From contig CAZNRD010000005.1 of assembly GCA_964575425.1 (NCBI GenBank), positions 23,851 through 87,850 on the forward strand: a stretch of 64,000 bases of DNA, given 5' to 3'. Shown here piece by piece: positions 44,495-53,589 of the stretch. Numbering within the stretch: the stretch's first letter is position 1; every line of letters begins with the position of its first letter. Under the pieces are notes generated by a model. The model was not told the origin of the DNA and made no database searches. It saw only the letters and a program-made list of their open reading frames with translations. The DNA comes from an uncultured Anaerolineaceae bacterium (GTDB lineage Bacteria; Chloroflexota; Anaerolineae; Anaerolineales; E44-bin32). The position numbers and the translations under genes are program-made.

Positions 44495-46098
44495 GACGTC
44501 TCCAAGGCATCCATCCCTTTTTGTTTGCGATGTACCCGGTGATGGCCCTTCTGGCCAGCAACCTTGGCCAGCTCTACCCGGTTGAGGCCGCCCGGTCGCT
44601 GGTGGTCGCCCTGATAGGCGCCGCGCTGCTCTTGGCGCTCGGGCGCGCCGTGTTCGGGGATTGGGATCGGTCGGCTCTGGTTGTCTCGATGGCCCTGTTG
44701 GTCTTCTTCACCTATGGCCACTTCTACGATCTGCTCGAGGGTGTCGCGGTGGGCGGGATTCTCATAGGCCGCCATCGATACCTGGTTCCGATGGCGCTGG
44801 GTCTGATCGTTGTCTGGACATGGTGGGCGGCGCGTCGGCTGAGGGAGCCGGAGAAGGCAGGCGTCTTCTCTTGCGTGGTCGGAGTGGGCGCCCTTGCGTT
44901 GCCCGCCTATGCGATCGCTGCGTACTACCTCCTCGCGCCACGGGTGGTTGCTGCGGGGTTGGGGGAACAGGTGCTGAGGTTGCACGAACAGGTGGCGACA
45001 AGCGAAGAGCGGCCCGACATCTACTACATCATCCTGGATGGGTACGGCCGAGAAGACGTTCTCCGAGATCTCTACGATTTCGACAACTCGGAGTTCATCG
45101 AGGCGCTGGAGCAGCGAGGTTTCTTCGTGGCCGGCGAGTCGCGAAGCAACTACATGATGACCGGTCTCTCCCTGGCATCGTCCCTCAACATGGAGTACGT
45201 CGATCAGGTGGCAACTGAGATGGGAGCGGCTTCTGCTGATGGCCGATGGCTGGCCGAGCGCATCGCGCACAGCACCGTGCGCACGTTCCTGGAGAGCCAG
45301 GGATATGAGATGGTCGCCTTCGACAGCGGATGGCCCGTTTCCGACATCCGCGATGCGGATATCTTCCTCTCGCCGGGAGAGGAGCGTGCTTTTTCCGGTT
45401 TGCCTCTCTGGAAGTTGAACGAATTCGAAATTCTGCTGCTGCGCTTATCCCTGATCCGACCCGCGATCGACCGGCTGCAGGTGAAGCTTCAGGGCGAGGA
45501 CAGCCTGCTGGAATGGCCCTACCTGCGTCACCGGGACCGAATACTCTTTGCCCTGGAAACGATGAAGCAGATCCCGACATGGGATGGCGACTACTTTGTC
45601 TTTGCCCACCTGGTGACTCCCCACCCGCCTTTCGTCTTTGGCCCGAATGGGGAACCGATCCCGCACACGCGTCCTTACTCGAGACGAGACGGAAGTGCGT
45701 ACGAGGGATCCCTGCAGGAGTACGAACAACGGTATCGCGACCAGATAACCTACATCAATCGTGCCGTGCTTAGGCTGATTGACCGGCTGCTGATTGGCTC
45801 AGATCCCGACCCGGTCATCATCTTGCAGGCCGATCATGGCCCCCGGGCCCGTGTCGACTGGGGCGACGTAGACGCGTCCAACATGCGAGAGGTCTTCTCT
45901 ATCCTGAACGCGTATCATCTTCCGTGGCAAGCAGGGCCGCAACCCTATGAGGCGATCTCCCCTGTCAACTCCTTCCGCCTCATCCTCAACGGCCTGTTTG
46001 AAGAGCAACTGGACATGATTCCCGACGAGAGCTTCCTGACCGTGAACGTCAACCCCCTCGAGTTGGTCAACGTGACCGAGCGGGCCATTTCGGACTGA
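44491..46098 (+). CDS. Membrane-anchored alkaline-phosphatase-superfamily (sulfatase/LtaS/EptA-like) transferase
   Basis: ORF 44083..46098 trimmed to ATG 44491 (ATGA overlap). About 5 N-terminal helices, then RPDIYYIILDGYGREDVL, SNYMMTGLSLASS, FVFAHLVTPHPPFVF, IILQADHGPR. Confidence 0.6.
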   Translation: MRRLQGIHPFLFAMYPVMALLASNLGQLYPVEAARSLVVALIGAALLLALGRAVFGDWDRSALVVSMALLVFFTYGHFYDLLEGVAVGGILIGRHRYLVPMALGLIVVWTWWAARRLREPEKAGVFSCVVGVGALALPAYAIAAYYLLAPRVVAAGLGEQVLRLHEQVATSEERPDIYYIILDGYGREDVLRDLYDFDNSEFIEALEQRGFFVAGESRSNYMMTGLSLASSLNMEYVDQVATEMGAASADGRWLAERIAHSTVRTFLESQGYEMVAFDSGWPVSDIRDADIFLSPGEERAFSGLPLWKLNEFEILLLRLSLIRPAIDRLQVKLQGEDSLLEWPYLRHRDRILFALETMKQIPTWDGDYFVFAHLVTPHPPFVFGPNGEPIPHTRPYSRRDGSAYEGSLQEYEQRYRDQITYINRAVLRLIDRLLIGSDPDPVIILQADHGPRARVDWGDVDASNMREVFSILNAYHLPWQAGPQPYEAISPVNSFRLILNGLFEEQLDMIPDESFLTVNVNPLELVNVTERAISD

Positions 46099-46144
46099 TC
46101 CACGAGGGCCGGGGGCCGTGGGCGGAAGGTCGAGTGCAGCAACC

Positions 46145-47122
46145 ATGAGCGACAGACTTCAAGTCCTCCTGTCGGCCCCCTATATGATCCCATTCCTGGG
46201 ACGCTTCCGGGCAGTCTTTGAGGCGGCCGGTGTAGAGCTGATCGTCGCCGCTGTGAGGGAACGGCTGTCGGAAGCAGAGTTGATGCGCTACGCGGGTCGC
46301 GTCGACGGCGTGATCTGCGGCGACGACCGCTTCTCGGGGAAGGTCCTCGAGGCCTTCACGCCGCGCCTGAAAGTGATCTCCAAGTGGGGGACCGGAGTCG
46401 ACTCCATCGATCGGGACACGGCCGAGGCCCTCGGGGTAAGAGTCTGCAACACGCCGGATGCATTCACGGAGGCGGTTGCAGACAGCGTGCTGGGGTACAT
46501 CCTGGCGTTCGCCCGACGCCTCCCGTGGATGGATCGGGCGATGAAAGCTGGCCGATGGGAGAAGATCCCCGGCCGGGCCCTGCACGAATGCACGCTGGGC
46601 GTCGTCGGTGTGGGTAGGATCGGGAAGGCGGTGCTGCGCCGGGCGCGAGTTTTCGGGATGGGCCTTCTCGGCAACGACATCGTATCGGTTCCGGCAGAGT
46701 TCGTGGCGCAAGTTGGAGTGGAAATGACGGAGCTGCGAGACCTGCTGCCACGGGTGGACTTCATCAGCCTGAACTGCGATCTCAACCCGACCTCGTTTCA
46801 CCTGATCAACGAGGAGGCCCTGCGCGCCATGCGCCCGACAGCGGTCTTGATCAACACCGCTCGTGGGCCCGTCGTTGACCAGGCTGCTCTTGTGCGCGCC
46901 CTCGAGGAAGGATGGATTGCCGGAGCAGCGCTGGACGTTTTCGAAGAGGAGCCGCTGCCGGCAGAGAGCCCCTTGCGGAAGATGGACAACGTCCTGCTGG
47001 CGCCGCACAACTCCAACAGCAGCCCGACTGCCTGGGAGCGGGTCCATTGGAATACCATCCGCAATCTGTTCCTGGGCCTGGGCCTGCCCCCGCCGTCGGA
47101 GGCAGACGTGCAGATGGAATGA
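46145..47122 (+). CDS. D-isomer-specific 2-hydroxyacid dehydrogenase (phosphoglycerate dehydrogenase-like)
   Basis: ORF trimmed to ATG 46145. Motifs: LGVVGVGRIGKAVLRRA, LINTARGPVVDQAALVRALEEGWIAGAALDVFEEEPL, LLAPHNS. Confidence 0.85.
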   Translation: MSDRLQVLLSAPYMIPFLGRFRAVFEAAGVELIVAAVRERLSEAELMRYAGRVDGVICGDDRFSGKVLEAFTPRLKVISKWGTGVDSIDRDTAEALGVRVCNTPDAFTEAVADSVLGYILAFARRLPWMDRAMKAGRWEKIPGRALHECTLGVVGVGRIGKAVLRRARVFGMGLLGNDIVSVPAEFVAQVGVEMTELRDLLPRVDFISLNCDLNPTSFHLINEEALRAMRPTAVLINTARGPVVDQAALVRALEEGWIAGAALDVFEEEPLPAESPLRKMDNVLLAPHNSNSSPTAWERVHWNTIRNLFLGLGLPPPSEADVQME

Positions 47123-47168
47123 TGAGCATGAGACGTTCTCGGTCGGAGGCAGGGACGTGGAGGCTGTG

Positions 47169-47918
47169 ATGAAGCGAGTGGTGCTGGTCACCGGTGCGGC
47201 CGGGGGCATCGGCCGCGCGACAGTCCAGGTGTTCCACAGCGCCGGCTGGGACACCATCGCAGTTGATCGCCGAGAGGCCTCGGGGTTTCCTTCCGGCGTG
47301 CGCGTACAGCAGGCCGATGTCTCTCTGCCTGATTCCGTGGCCAGTCTGTTCGCCTGGCTGCGGGCTGAGGTGGGAGGGCTGGATGCCCTCGTCAACAACG
47401 CGGCCATCCAAATCTGCAAACCGCTGATTGACACGACTCCTGAGGAATGGGACGAGGTCATGGCATCTAACCTCCGCTCGATCTTCCTCACGGTGCGGGA
47501 GGCCTATCCGCTCTTGAAGGCCTCCGCAGGAGCGGTAGTCAATGTCAGTTCGGTGCATGCTGTGGCGACGTCGACAGACATCGCCGCCTACGCGGCCAGC
47601 AAGGGCGGAGCCCTGGCTCTGACCCGCGCCATGGCGCTTGAGTTTGCGCGCGACGGCGTTCGCGTCAATGTGATCCTGCCCGGTGCTGTCGATACACCAA
47701 TGCTGCATGCCGGCCTGATGCGAGGCCACGTACGCGGCGGTTCGGTTGAGGAAAGGATCGCTGACCTGGGTCGCCGCACGCTCATGGGGCGCGTCGGCAA
47801 GCCGGACGAAATCGCTCGGGCCATCCTTTTCCTGGCCGACGGCGAGCAGTCATCTTTCATGACCGGACAGTCGATGATCGTCGACGGCGGAGCGACCTGC
47901 CGCTTGAGCACAGAGTGA
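47169..47918 (+). CDS. Short-chain dehydrogenase/reductase (classical SDR)
   Basis: ORF trimmed to ATG 47169. Motifs: VVLVTGAAGGIGRA, VNNAAI, VNVSSVHA, YAASKGGALALTRAMALE, VNVILPGAVDTPM. Confidence 0.85.
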   Translation: MKRVVLVTGAAGGIGRATVQVFHSAGWDTIAVDRREASGFPSGVRVQQADVSLPDSVASLFAWLRAEVGGLDALVNNAAIQICKPLIDTTPEEWDEVMASNLRSIFLTVREAYPLLKASAGAVVNVSSVHAVATSTDIAAYAASKGGALALTRAMALEFARDGVRVNVILPGAVDTPMLHAGLMRGHVRGGSVEERIADLGRRTLMGRVGKPDEIARAILFLADGEQSSFMTGQSMIVDGGATCRLSTE

Positions 47919-47928
47919 GCCGGGCCGC

Positions 47929-49836
47929 ATGTTGGGGCTTCTCGTCCCCCTTACCTTCGCCGGCGTCTGGGTCGTTCTACGGCAGCAGAGGCCGGACCTG
48001 GAGTGGCGGCGGGCGTGGCTGCAGGCAGCGGTCCTGACGGCGACGTACCTGGTCGCGGTGACCGAGGGGCTGACCCTGGTCTCTGCCGTCACCCGGCCGG
48101 CGCTGGCAGCCTGCTGGGGAATTCCGGCGGCCGCGCTGTGGATCGTCATCACCCGGCGGTGGGCAAGGTCCGGACCGCCCACGCTCATGCCGCCATGGCC
48201 TGCAGCCTGGCCGGATCGGTTGATCTTGTCGACCGTCGGCCTGATCGTGGTGTTGACGGCGTTGGTTGCCTGGTGCGCCCCCCCGAGCACCTGGGACTCG
48301 TTGAACTACCACGTTGCCCGTGTCGCCCACTGGGCGCAGGACGCCAGCCTGCGCCACTACGCCACCGGCATCGAGATCCAGAACAGCCGCCCGCCGGGCG
48401 CGGAGGTGTGGATCCTGAACCTGTACGTGCTGGGCGGAGGAGACAGTCTGGCGAACTTCGTCGCATGGTCGGCGATGTTGGGCAGCCTGATCGGAGCGAG
48501 TCTCATGGCGGGCCAGTTGGGGGGTGGAACGCGGGCCCAGTTTCTCGCAGCAGGCTGCGCCGCATCAATCCCGATGGGTATCGTGCAGGCTTCCGGCACG
48601 ATGAATGACTACGTGGTGGCGTTTTGGTGCGTCTGCGCAGCCGTTGAGGTCATTGACCTGACGACGCCCCAGCTTGGGCGGAGCACTCCGTGGTTGGCTG
48701 GCTTGGCTGCCGGCCTGGGGGTCTATACCAAACCCACGGCCGTCGCGTTCCTGACACCGTTTGCGGTCCTCGCGGGCCTGGGTCTCTTGCGTCATGCCGG
48801 ATGGAAGACAGCGGTTCGTCATGGGGTGCTGGCCCTGGCAGTGGCTGTGCTTGTCAATGCCGGCCCGTGGATGCGGAACGCAGCGACCTACGGGTCGATC
48901 GCGGACCCGGTCGACATCAGCCGACACGCCAACCAGTGGCATGACCCGCGTGCCTGGCTCTCCAATCTGGTCCGCAACTTGGCACTGCACGCCGGGACTC
49001 CCTGGCCGTATGTCAACAAGGCCACAGGCATGGCAATCCATGGGCTGCATCGCGTGATGGGGGTCGATCCGAATGACCCCCGCACGACGGCGGCCGGCGA
49101 TTTCGGCATTCGCCCGCCGGCGACGCAGGAGGATTGGGTCGCCAATCCGCTGCATGCCCTGCTGACCCTCATCGCTTTCGGCCTTGTGGTTGCAGAGGGC
49201 AGGCGCGCTCCCGCCGTTGCGCGGCCTTACGCGATAGCGGTAGTGGTCGGCTTTGTCCTCTTCTCCATTCTGTACAAGTGGCTGGTCTTCGGCAGCCGCC
49301 TCCAGCTGCCGGCCTTCGTTTTGGCTGCGCCGCTCTGGGGCGTGGCCCTGGAGCGACGTTTCCGTCCTATAGTCGCGGCCGGAATTGCACTCGCCCTGGT
49401 GCTGCTGGCCTGGCCGTGGCTGCTTTCGGTGCGCTCGCGCCCGCTGGTCTCACAGGCCGACTCGACGGTTGGGAGTGTCCTCCTGGAATCTCGGTTGGCT
49501 TTGTACTTCGCCAATGCGGCATACCTGCGGGATCCACTGCTGTCAGTAGGCGGCATGGTCCGGGAGGCTGGCTGTTCAGTGGTCGGAATCGCCCTATCGG
49601 GCAACGCCCCGGAATACTTGCTGTGGGTGGTGATGGGCGCGCCGCGGCCGGACCTGCGGATCGAGTGGATCGTCGGCGGGACGCCGTCGGCGCGCTACGA
49701 GGACCCTTCGTTCGCCCCGTGCGCCGTGATCTGCGACGAGAGCTGCCCGGCGGACTGGACCGCGATCCGCGGCCTGCCGCTCGTGTACGAGCGGGCGGGC
49801 TACCGGTTGTTCATGCCGACCTCCGTGGTACCCTGA
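47929..49836 (+). CDS. Polytopic GT-C-like membrane protein, paralog family A copy 1
   Basis: 635 aa. Family block PPSTWDSLNYHVARVAHWAQDASLRHYATGIEIQNSRPPGAE, then ASGTMNDYVVAFW and YTKPTAVAF. The C-terminal tail is FAPCAVICDESCPADWTAIRGLPLVYERAGYRLFMP. Confidence 0.6.
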   Translation: MLGLLVPLTFAGVWVVLRQQRPDLEWRRAWLQAAVLTATYLVAVTEGLTLVSAVTRPALAACWGIPAAALWIVITRRWARSGPPTLMPPWPAAWPDRLILSTVGLIVVLTALVAWCAPPSTWDSLNYHVARVAHWAQDASLRHYATGIEIQNSRPPGAEVWILNLYVLGGGDSLANFVAWSAMLGSLIGASLMAGQLGGGTRAQFLAAGCAASIPMGIVQASGTMNDYVVAFWCVCAAVEVIDLTTPQLGRSTPWLAGLAAGLGVYTKPTAVAFLTPFAVLAGLGLLRHAGWKTAVRHGVLALAVAVLVNAGPWMRNAATYGSIADPVDISRHANQWHDPRAWLSNLVRNLALHAGTPWPYVNKATGMAIHGLHRVMGVDPNDPRTTAAGDFGIRPPATQEDWVANPLHALLTLIAFGLVVAEGRRAPAVARPYAIAVVVGFVLFSILYKWLVFGSRLQLPAFVLAAPLWGVALERRFRPIVAAGIALALVLLAWPWLLSVRSRPLVSQADSTVGSVLLESRLALYFANAAYLRDPLLSVGGMVREAGCSVVGIALSGNAPEYLLWVVMGAPRPDLRIEWIVGGTPSARYEDPSFAPCAVICDESCPADWTAIRGLPLVYERAGYRLFMPTSVVP

Positions 49837-49871
49837 GCCCGGACGGTCGATGTCGCCTCAAAAAGAGAGCC

Positions 49872-51785
49872 ATGCATCCCTGTTCAATCCTGCTGCTCCC
49901 TCTGACCTTCCTGATCATCTATGTCACGCTGCTGGGCGGCGAGGGGAGCGATACAGAGGCGTGGAGGCGTGCCTTTGTCAAGACGGCCCTTGTCTGCGGC
50001 GCGTTGGTGACCGCGTCGACCGAAGTGCTAAGCGTGTGGCATGCAGTCACGGGCTCAGGCTTGATCCTCTTCTGGTCTCTGGCGCTGTTGGTCGCTGGCG
50101 TGGCCTGCTGGCGCACCGGGGCCGCGGCGAAGGCAAGGCGATGGCTGCGGGCGCGAGTCTGGCAGCAATCCCCGGCCGAGGCTGCGCTGCTGGCTGGGCT
50201 GGGGGTGGTGCTCCTTCTGACGGGCCTGGTGGCCTGGGTGTCGCCGCCGAACACCACTGATTCCCATCTCTACCATATGAGCCGGGTGATGCACTGGGCG
50301 CAGGATGCCAGCTTGAGGCACTATCCGACAAGCTATGAAGTGCAGCTGTGGTTCCCGCCCTGGGCGGAGACAGCGATACTGACACTGCGCCTGCTCTGGG
50401 GGAATGACCAGGTGGCCGCGTTCGTCCAGTGGGGAAGCTATGCTGGCTGCCTGATCCTGGCGGCGGGGATCGCGGGCCTGCTGGGGGCAGGCCGGCGAGG
50501 GCGGGCGCTGGCGATGGCCTTCGGTGCCAGCATTCCGATGGCTGTGCTGCAGGCGACGAGCACACAGAATGATCTCGTCGTTAGCTTCTGGCTGCTCTGC
50601 CTGGGTTATCTGATCCTGAAGGAAGACGCGCAGTCGGGCGGGGGAACGAGGCCCCTGTGGATCGGGGTCGCCATAGGGCTCGGGATCCTCACCAAAGGAA
50701 CTGCCTACATGTACTTCGCCCCCATGGGGGCTTGGTATGCTCTCTCGGGGTGGCGGCGAAACGGACTCGGGGGAGTGCTGCGGCGAGCTCTGTTGCTGGC
50801 CCTCGCTGTAGTGACCCTGAATCTCGGTCACTGGTCTAGGAATCTGGGGACCTATCACTCTGCACTCGGGGTGACGGATGGCAACGGAGGCCTAGTCAGC
50901 CTGCCTCCACTGGCCGGGTGGGCCCTCAACGCAATCGCCCACGTGCTCACGCATTTCGCCTCGCCGGGGGAAGTGCTGACCGCTCGAGTGACCGAAGTGG
51001 TCCAGTGGCTTTCTGGTCAAGTCGGGTATCGCATCCCCGGATTCCACCTTACGTGGGCGTGGAATCATGAGGACCTGGCCGGCAGCCCCATCCATCTCGT
51101 CGCGATCGGCCTGGGCCTCATCGCCCTGTTGGTGCGACGTCGGCGACGGCACTCCCCCGGATTGGTGATCTACGCCGCATCGGGGATGATCGGGCTCGGA
51201 TTCCTGGCGGTTCTGGTAACATGGAACCCCTACGTCGTCCGGCTGCACCTTCCCTTCCTCCTGGCGATGGCCCCGGTGGTGGGGGTGTCCTTCGAGTCCT
51301 GGCTGCGGCCCGGACTCGTCAGCCTGCTGAGCGCTGCGTTCATGGCCTTCAGCCTTCCCTGGGTTCTCCTCAACCAGACCCGGCCGGTCATCAGCCTGCG
51401 CCCACGCACCGCAATCGTTAGCGTGTTTCGGGCGGAGAAAGTCGATATCCTGTTCGCGAACTGGCTCCGGCAGCGAGATGACTTCGTCGCCGCTACCGCT
51501 ATGGTGCGGGATACGGGCTGCACGCAGATCGGGCTGCGCATTGACTCGCATGACCTCGAGTATCCCTACTGGTGGCTGCTTGGGGCGCCGCAGGACGGGA
51601 TGCGCCTGGAGCATGTGGATCCCTATCCGCATTTGGAACGATACATAAGTCCGGACTTCAGGCCGTGCGCTATCCTATGCACAACCTGCGGCGGGCGAAC
51701 ACAGCTCCACGGTTTGGAGATCGCAGGTGAATTCGGAGAGATCGCGGTCTTCGCTGGTGGACGGTTCGAACGGGAAGTGCCATAG
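49872..51785 (+). CDS. Polytopic GT-C-like membrane protein, paralog family A copy 2
   Basis: ORF 49134..51785 trimmed to ATG 49872. Motifs: PPNTTDSHLYHMSRVMHWAQDASLRHYPTSYEVQLWFPPWAE, ATSTQNDLVVSFW, LTKGTAYMYF. C-terminal FRPCAILCTTCGGRTQLHG. Confidence 0.6.
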   Translation: MHPCSILLLPLTFLIIYVTLLGGEGSDTEAWRRAFVKTALVCGALVTASTEVLSVWHAVTGSGLILFWSLALLVAGVACWRTGAAAKARRWLRARVWQQSPAEAALLAGLGVVLLLTGLVAWVSPPNTTDSHLYHMSRVMHWAQDASLRHYPTSYEVQLWFPPWAETAILTLRLLWGNDQVAAFVQWGSYAGCLILAAGIAGLLGAGRRGRALAMAFGASIPMAVLQATSTQNDLVVSFWLLCLGYLILKEDAQSGGGTRPLWIGVAIGLGILTKGTAYMYFAPMGAWYALSGWRRNGLGGVLRRALLLALAVVTLNLGHWSRNLGTYHSALGVTDGNGGLVSLPPLAGWALNAIAHVLTHFASPGEVLTARVTEVVQWLSGQVGYRIPGFHLTWAWNHEDLAGSPIHLVAIGLGLIALLVRRRRRHSPGLVIYAASGMIGLGFLAVLVTWNPYVVRLHLPFLLAMAPVVGVSFESWLRPGLVSLLSAAFMAFSLPWVLLNQTRPVISLRPRTAIVSVFRAEKVDILFANWLRQRDDFVAATAMVRDTGCTQIGLRIDSHDLEYPYWWLLGAPQDGMRLEHVDPYPHLERYISPDFRPCAILCTTCGGRTQLHGLEIAGEFGEIAVFAGGRFEREVP

Positions 51786-52041
51786 GCGCTCGCGCAAGCG
51801 GAGGCCCGTGCCAGGAGGTCCCGCAATGTGTGTTATTCTTTGGAGCTGCGTCGGCTCCGTGGGTGTCGCGGCACGGATGGCATGAGGGGCCTCGTTGCAT
51901 GCAGAGGTTTGGCCGGAAGGACGGATGGCGCTGCGTGGGTTCCGTGGCGGAGCGGGCTGAGCGAGACAAGTCGTCTGGTGAAACCATGGGTCATGCGACC
52001 TGGGAGTGGGCGAACACAGGGTTGTGCAAGGTGGCGAACGG

Positions 52042-53496
52042 ATGAGTTCTCACCTTCTACGGGGGCGGGATCCGGCCGCTGAGGACTACCAGCAGAGCCG
52101 GATCTCCCACTGGGATTCCCTGGCGCGCCAACTGGATACCTGGACGGGCTGTGGCGGGGCCTACCACCGCCGCCTGGCGGAAATCTACCGTTTCCTGGTA
52201 CCGCCGGGGCAGCGTGTCTTGGAGCTTGGGTGCGGTCGCGGCGACTTGCTGGCGGCGCTGCAGCCAGCCTTCGGGCTTGGCGTCGATTTCTCCGCTGAGA
52301 TGGTGCGCCGCGCCCGCCGACGGCATCCCAGTCTGCTCTTCATCCAGGGGGACGCCCATGCCGTGCCGCTTTCGGGGGCGTTTGATGTGATCCTGCTTTC
52401 AGATCTGGTGAACGACTTGTGGGATGTGCAGACAGTGTTTGATGAAGTGGCACGTCTCGCAGGACCGCATACTCGTATCCTGCTGAATGTCTACAGCCGT
52501 CTTTGGGAAGTCCCGCTCGAGGTCACCCGCCGCCTCGGGCTCAGCAAGCCGACGCTCCACGAGAACTGGCTGACCGTTGATGATATCGGCAATCTCTTGA
52601 CATTGGCTGGGCTTGAGAAGATACATTCGTGGCAGGAGATCCTGCTGCCCCTGCCCGTGCCTCTCCTGGCCCCTCTCTGCAACAAGCTCCTCGTGCGCTT
52701 TTGGCCCTTCCGTGAGCTCGGGCTGACGAACTTTGTTGTTGCCAAGCGCGTCGCGCGACCGGTCGAGGCTGACCGAGCACCCACAGTCTCCGTTGTCGTG
52801 CCGGCACGCAATGAAGCGGGCAACATCCCCCAGGTCTTGGCGCGGGTGCCGGAGATGGGCGCGGGCACCGAGCTGATCTTCGTCGAGGGCCACTCGGCGG
52901 ACGACACGTATGCCACCATCGAGAGGGAAATCCAGGGGCATCGCCAACGGCGCTGCCGCCTCTTCCAGCAGACTGGCATCGGCAAGGGGGACGCCGTGCG
53001 GCTCGGGTTCGCCCACGCGACGGGCGAAATCCTGATGATCCTGGATGCAGACCTGACGGTGCCTCCCGAGACGCTGCCCCGGTTCTACGCGGCGCTGGTG
53101 GAGGGGCGGGGCGAATTCATCAATGGTGTCCGGTTGGTCTACCCGATGGAACACCAGGCCATGCGCTTCCTCAACCTGGTCGGCAACAAGCTGTTCAGCC
53201 TTGCCTTCTCATGGCTGCTCGGGCAGCCGGTGAAGGATACGCTCTGCGGAACCAAAGCCTTGTGGCGGCGTGATTACGAGCGGATCGCTGCCGGCCGGTC
53301 CTACTTCGGCGATTTCGACCCCTTCGGAGACTTCGACCTCCTGTTCGGCGCGGCACGGCGGAACCTGAAGATCGTCGACCTGCCAATTCGCTATCGCGAA
53401 AGGACCTATGGCACGACGAACATCCAGCGCTGGAAGCACGGCTGGCTGCTGTTGAGGATGACCTGGTTTGGGTTCTGGAGACTGAAGGCTTTCTAG
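52042..53496 (+). CDS. Bifunctional SAM methyltransferase (N-terminal) / family 2 glycosyltransferase (C-terminal)
   Basis: ORF trimmed to ATG 52042; 256-bp gap upstream. N-terminal half: VLELGCGRGDLLAAL, FDVILLSDLVNDLWD. C-terminal half: VSVVVPARNEAGNIPQVL, LIFVEGHSADDT, LMILDADLTVPPE. Confidence 0.75.
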   Translation: MSSHLLRGRDPAAEDYQQSRISHWDSLARQLDTWTGCGGAYHRRLAEIYRFLVPPGQRVLELGCGRGDLLAALQPAFGLGVDFSAEMVRRARRRHPSLLFIQGDAHAVPLSGAFDVILLSDLVNDLWDVQTVFDEVARLAGPHTRILLNVYSRLWEVPLEVTRRLGLSKPTLHENWLTVDDIGNLLTLAGLEKIHSWQEILLPLPVPLLAPLCNKLLVRFWPFRELGLTNFVVAKRVARPVEADRAPTVSVVVPARNEAGNIPQVLARVPEMGAGTELIFVEGHSADDTYATIEREIQGHRQRRCRLFQQTGIGKGDAVRLGFAHATGEILMILDADLTVPPETLPRFYAALVEGRGEFINGVRLVYPMEHQAMRFLNLVGNKLFSLAFSWLLGQPVKDTLCGTKALWRRDYERIAAGRSYFGDFDPFGDFDLLFGAARRNLKIVDLPIRYRERTYGTTNIQRWKHGWLLLRMTWFGFWRLKAF

Positions 53497-53589
53497 ACCT
53501 CCGACGCCGTTGTCCTATCGGGCGTCAGCAAGCCCGAGTGGCTGCGGCCGCCCGGCCTGGGCCAGAGTGGAGACTGTTGGGGGAGGTCA

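Noticed and set aside
49134-49871. 5' extensions of ORF-track entries (49134, 38712, 44083, 59964, 46863, 14755, 31754, 33348, 26456, 27633, 25453, 24476, 23557, 857, 41989)
   Set aside because: The extensions overlap the upstream gene in another frame and translate to Arg/Pro-rich sequence. Internal ATG/GTG starts give canonical N-termini and ATGA/GTGA coupling, so the starts were moved downstream.
51786-52041. 256-bp gap containing the AT-richer patch aatgtgtgttattctttgg, considered as a promoter or small RNA
   Set aside because: I could not find a convincing -35/-10 pair or a stable structured element by eye. It probably holds a promoter, but I cannot place it.
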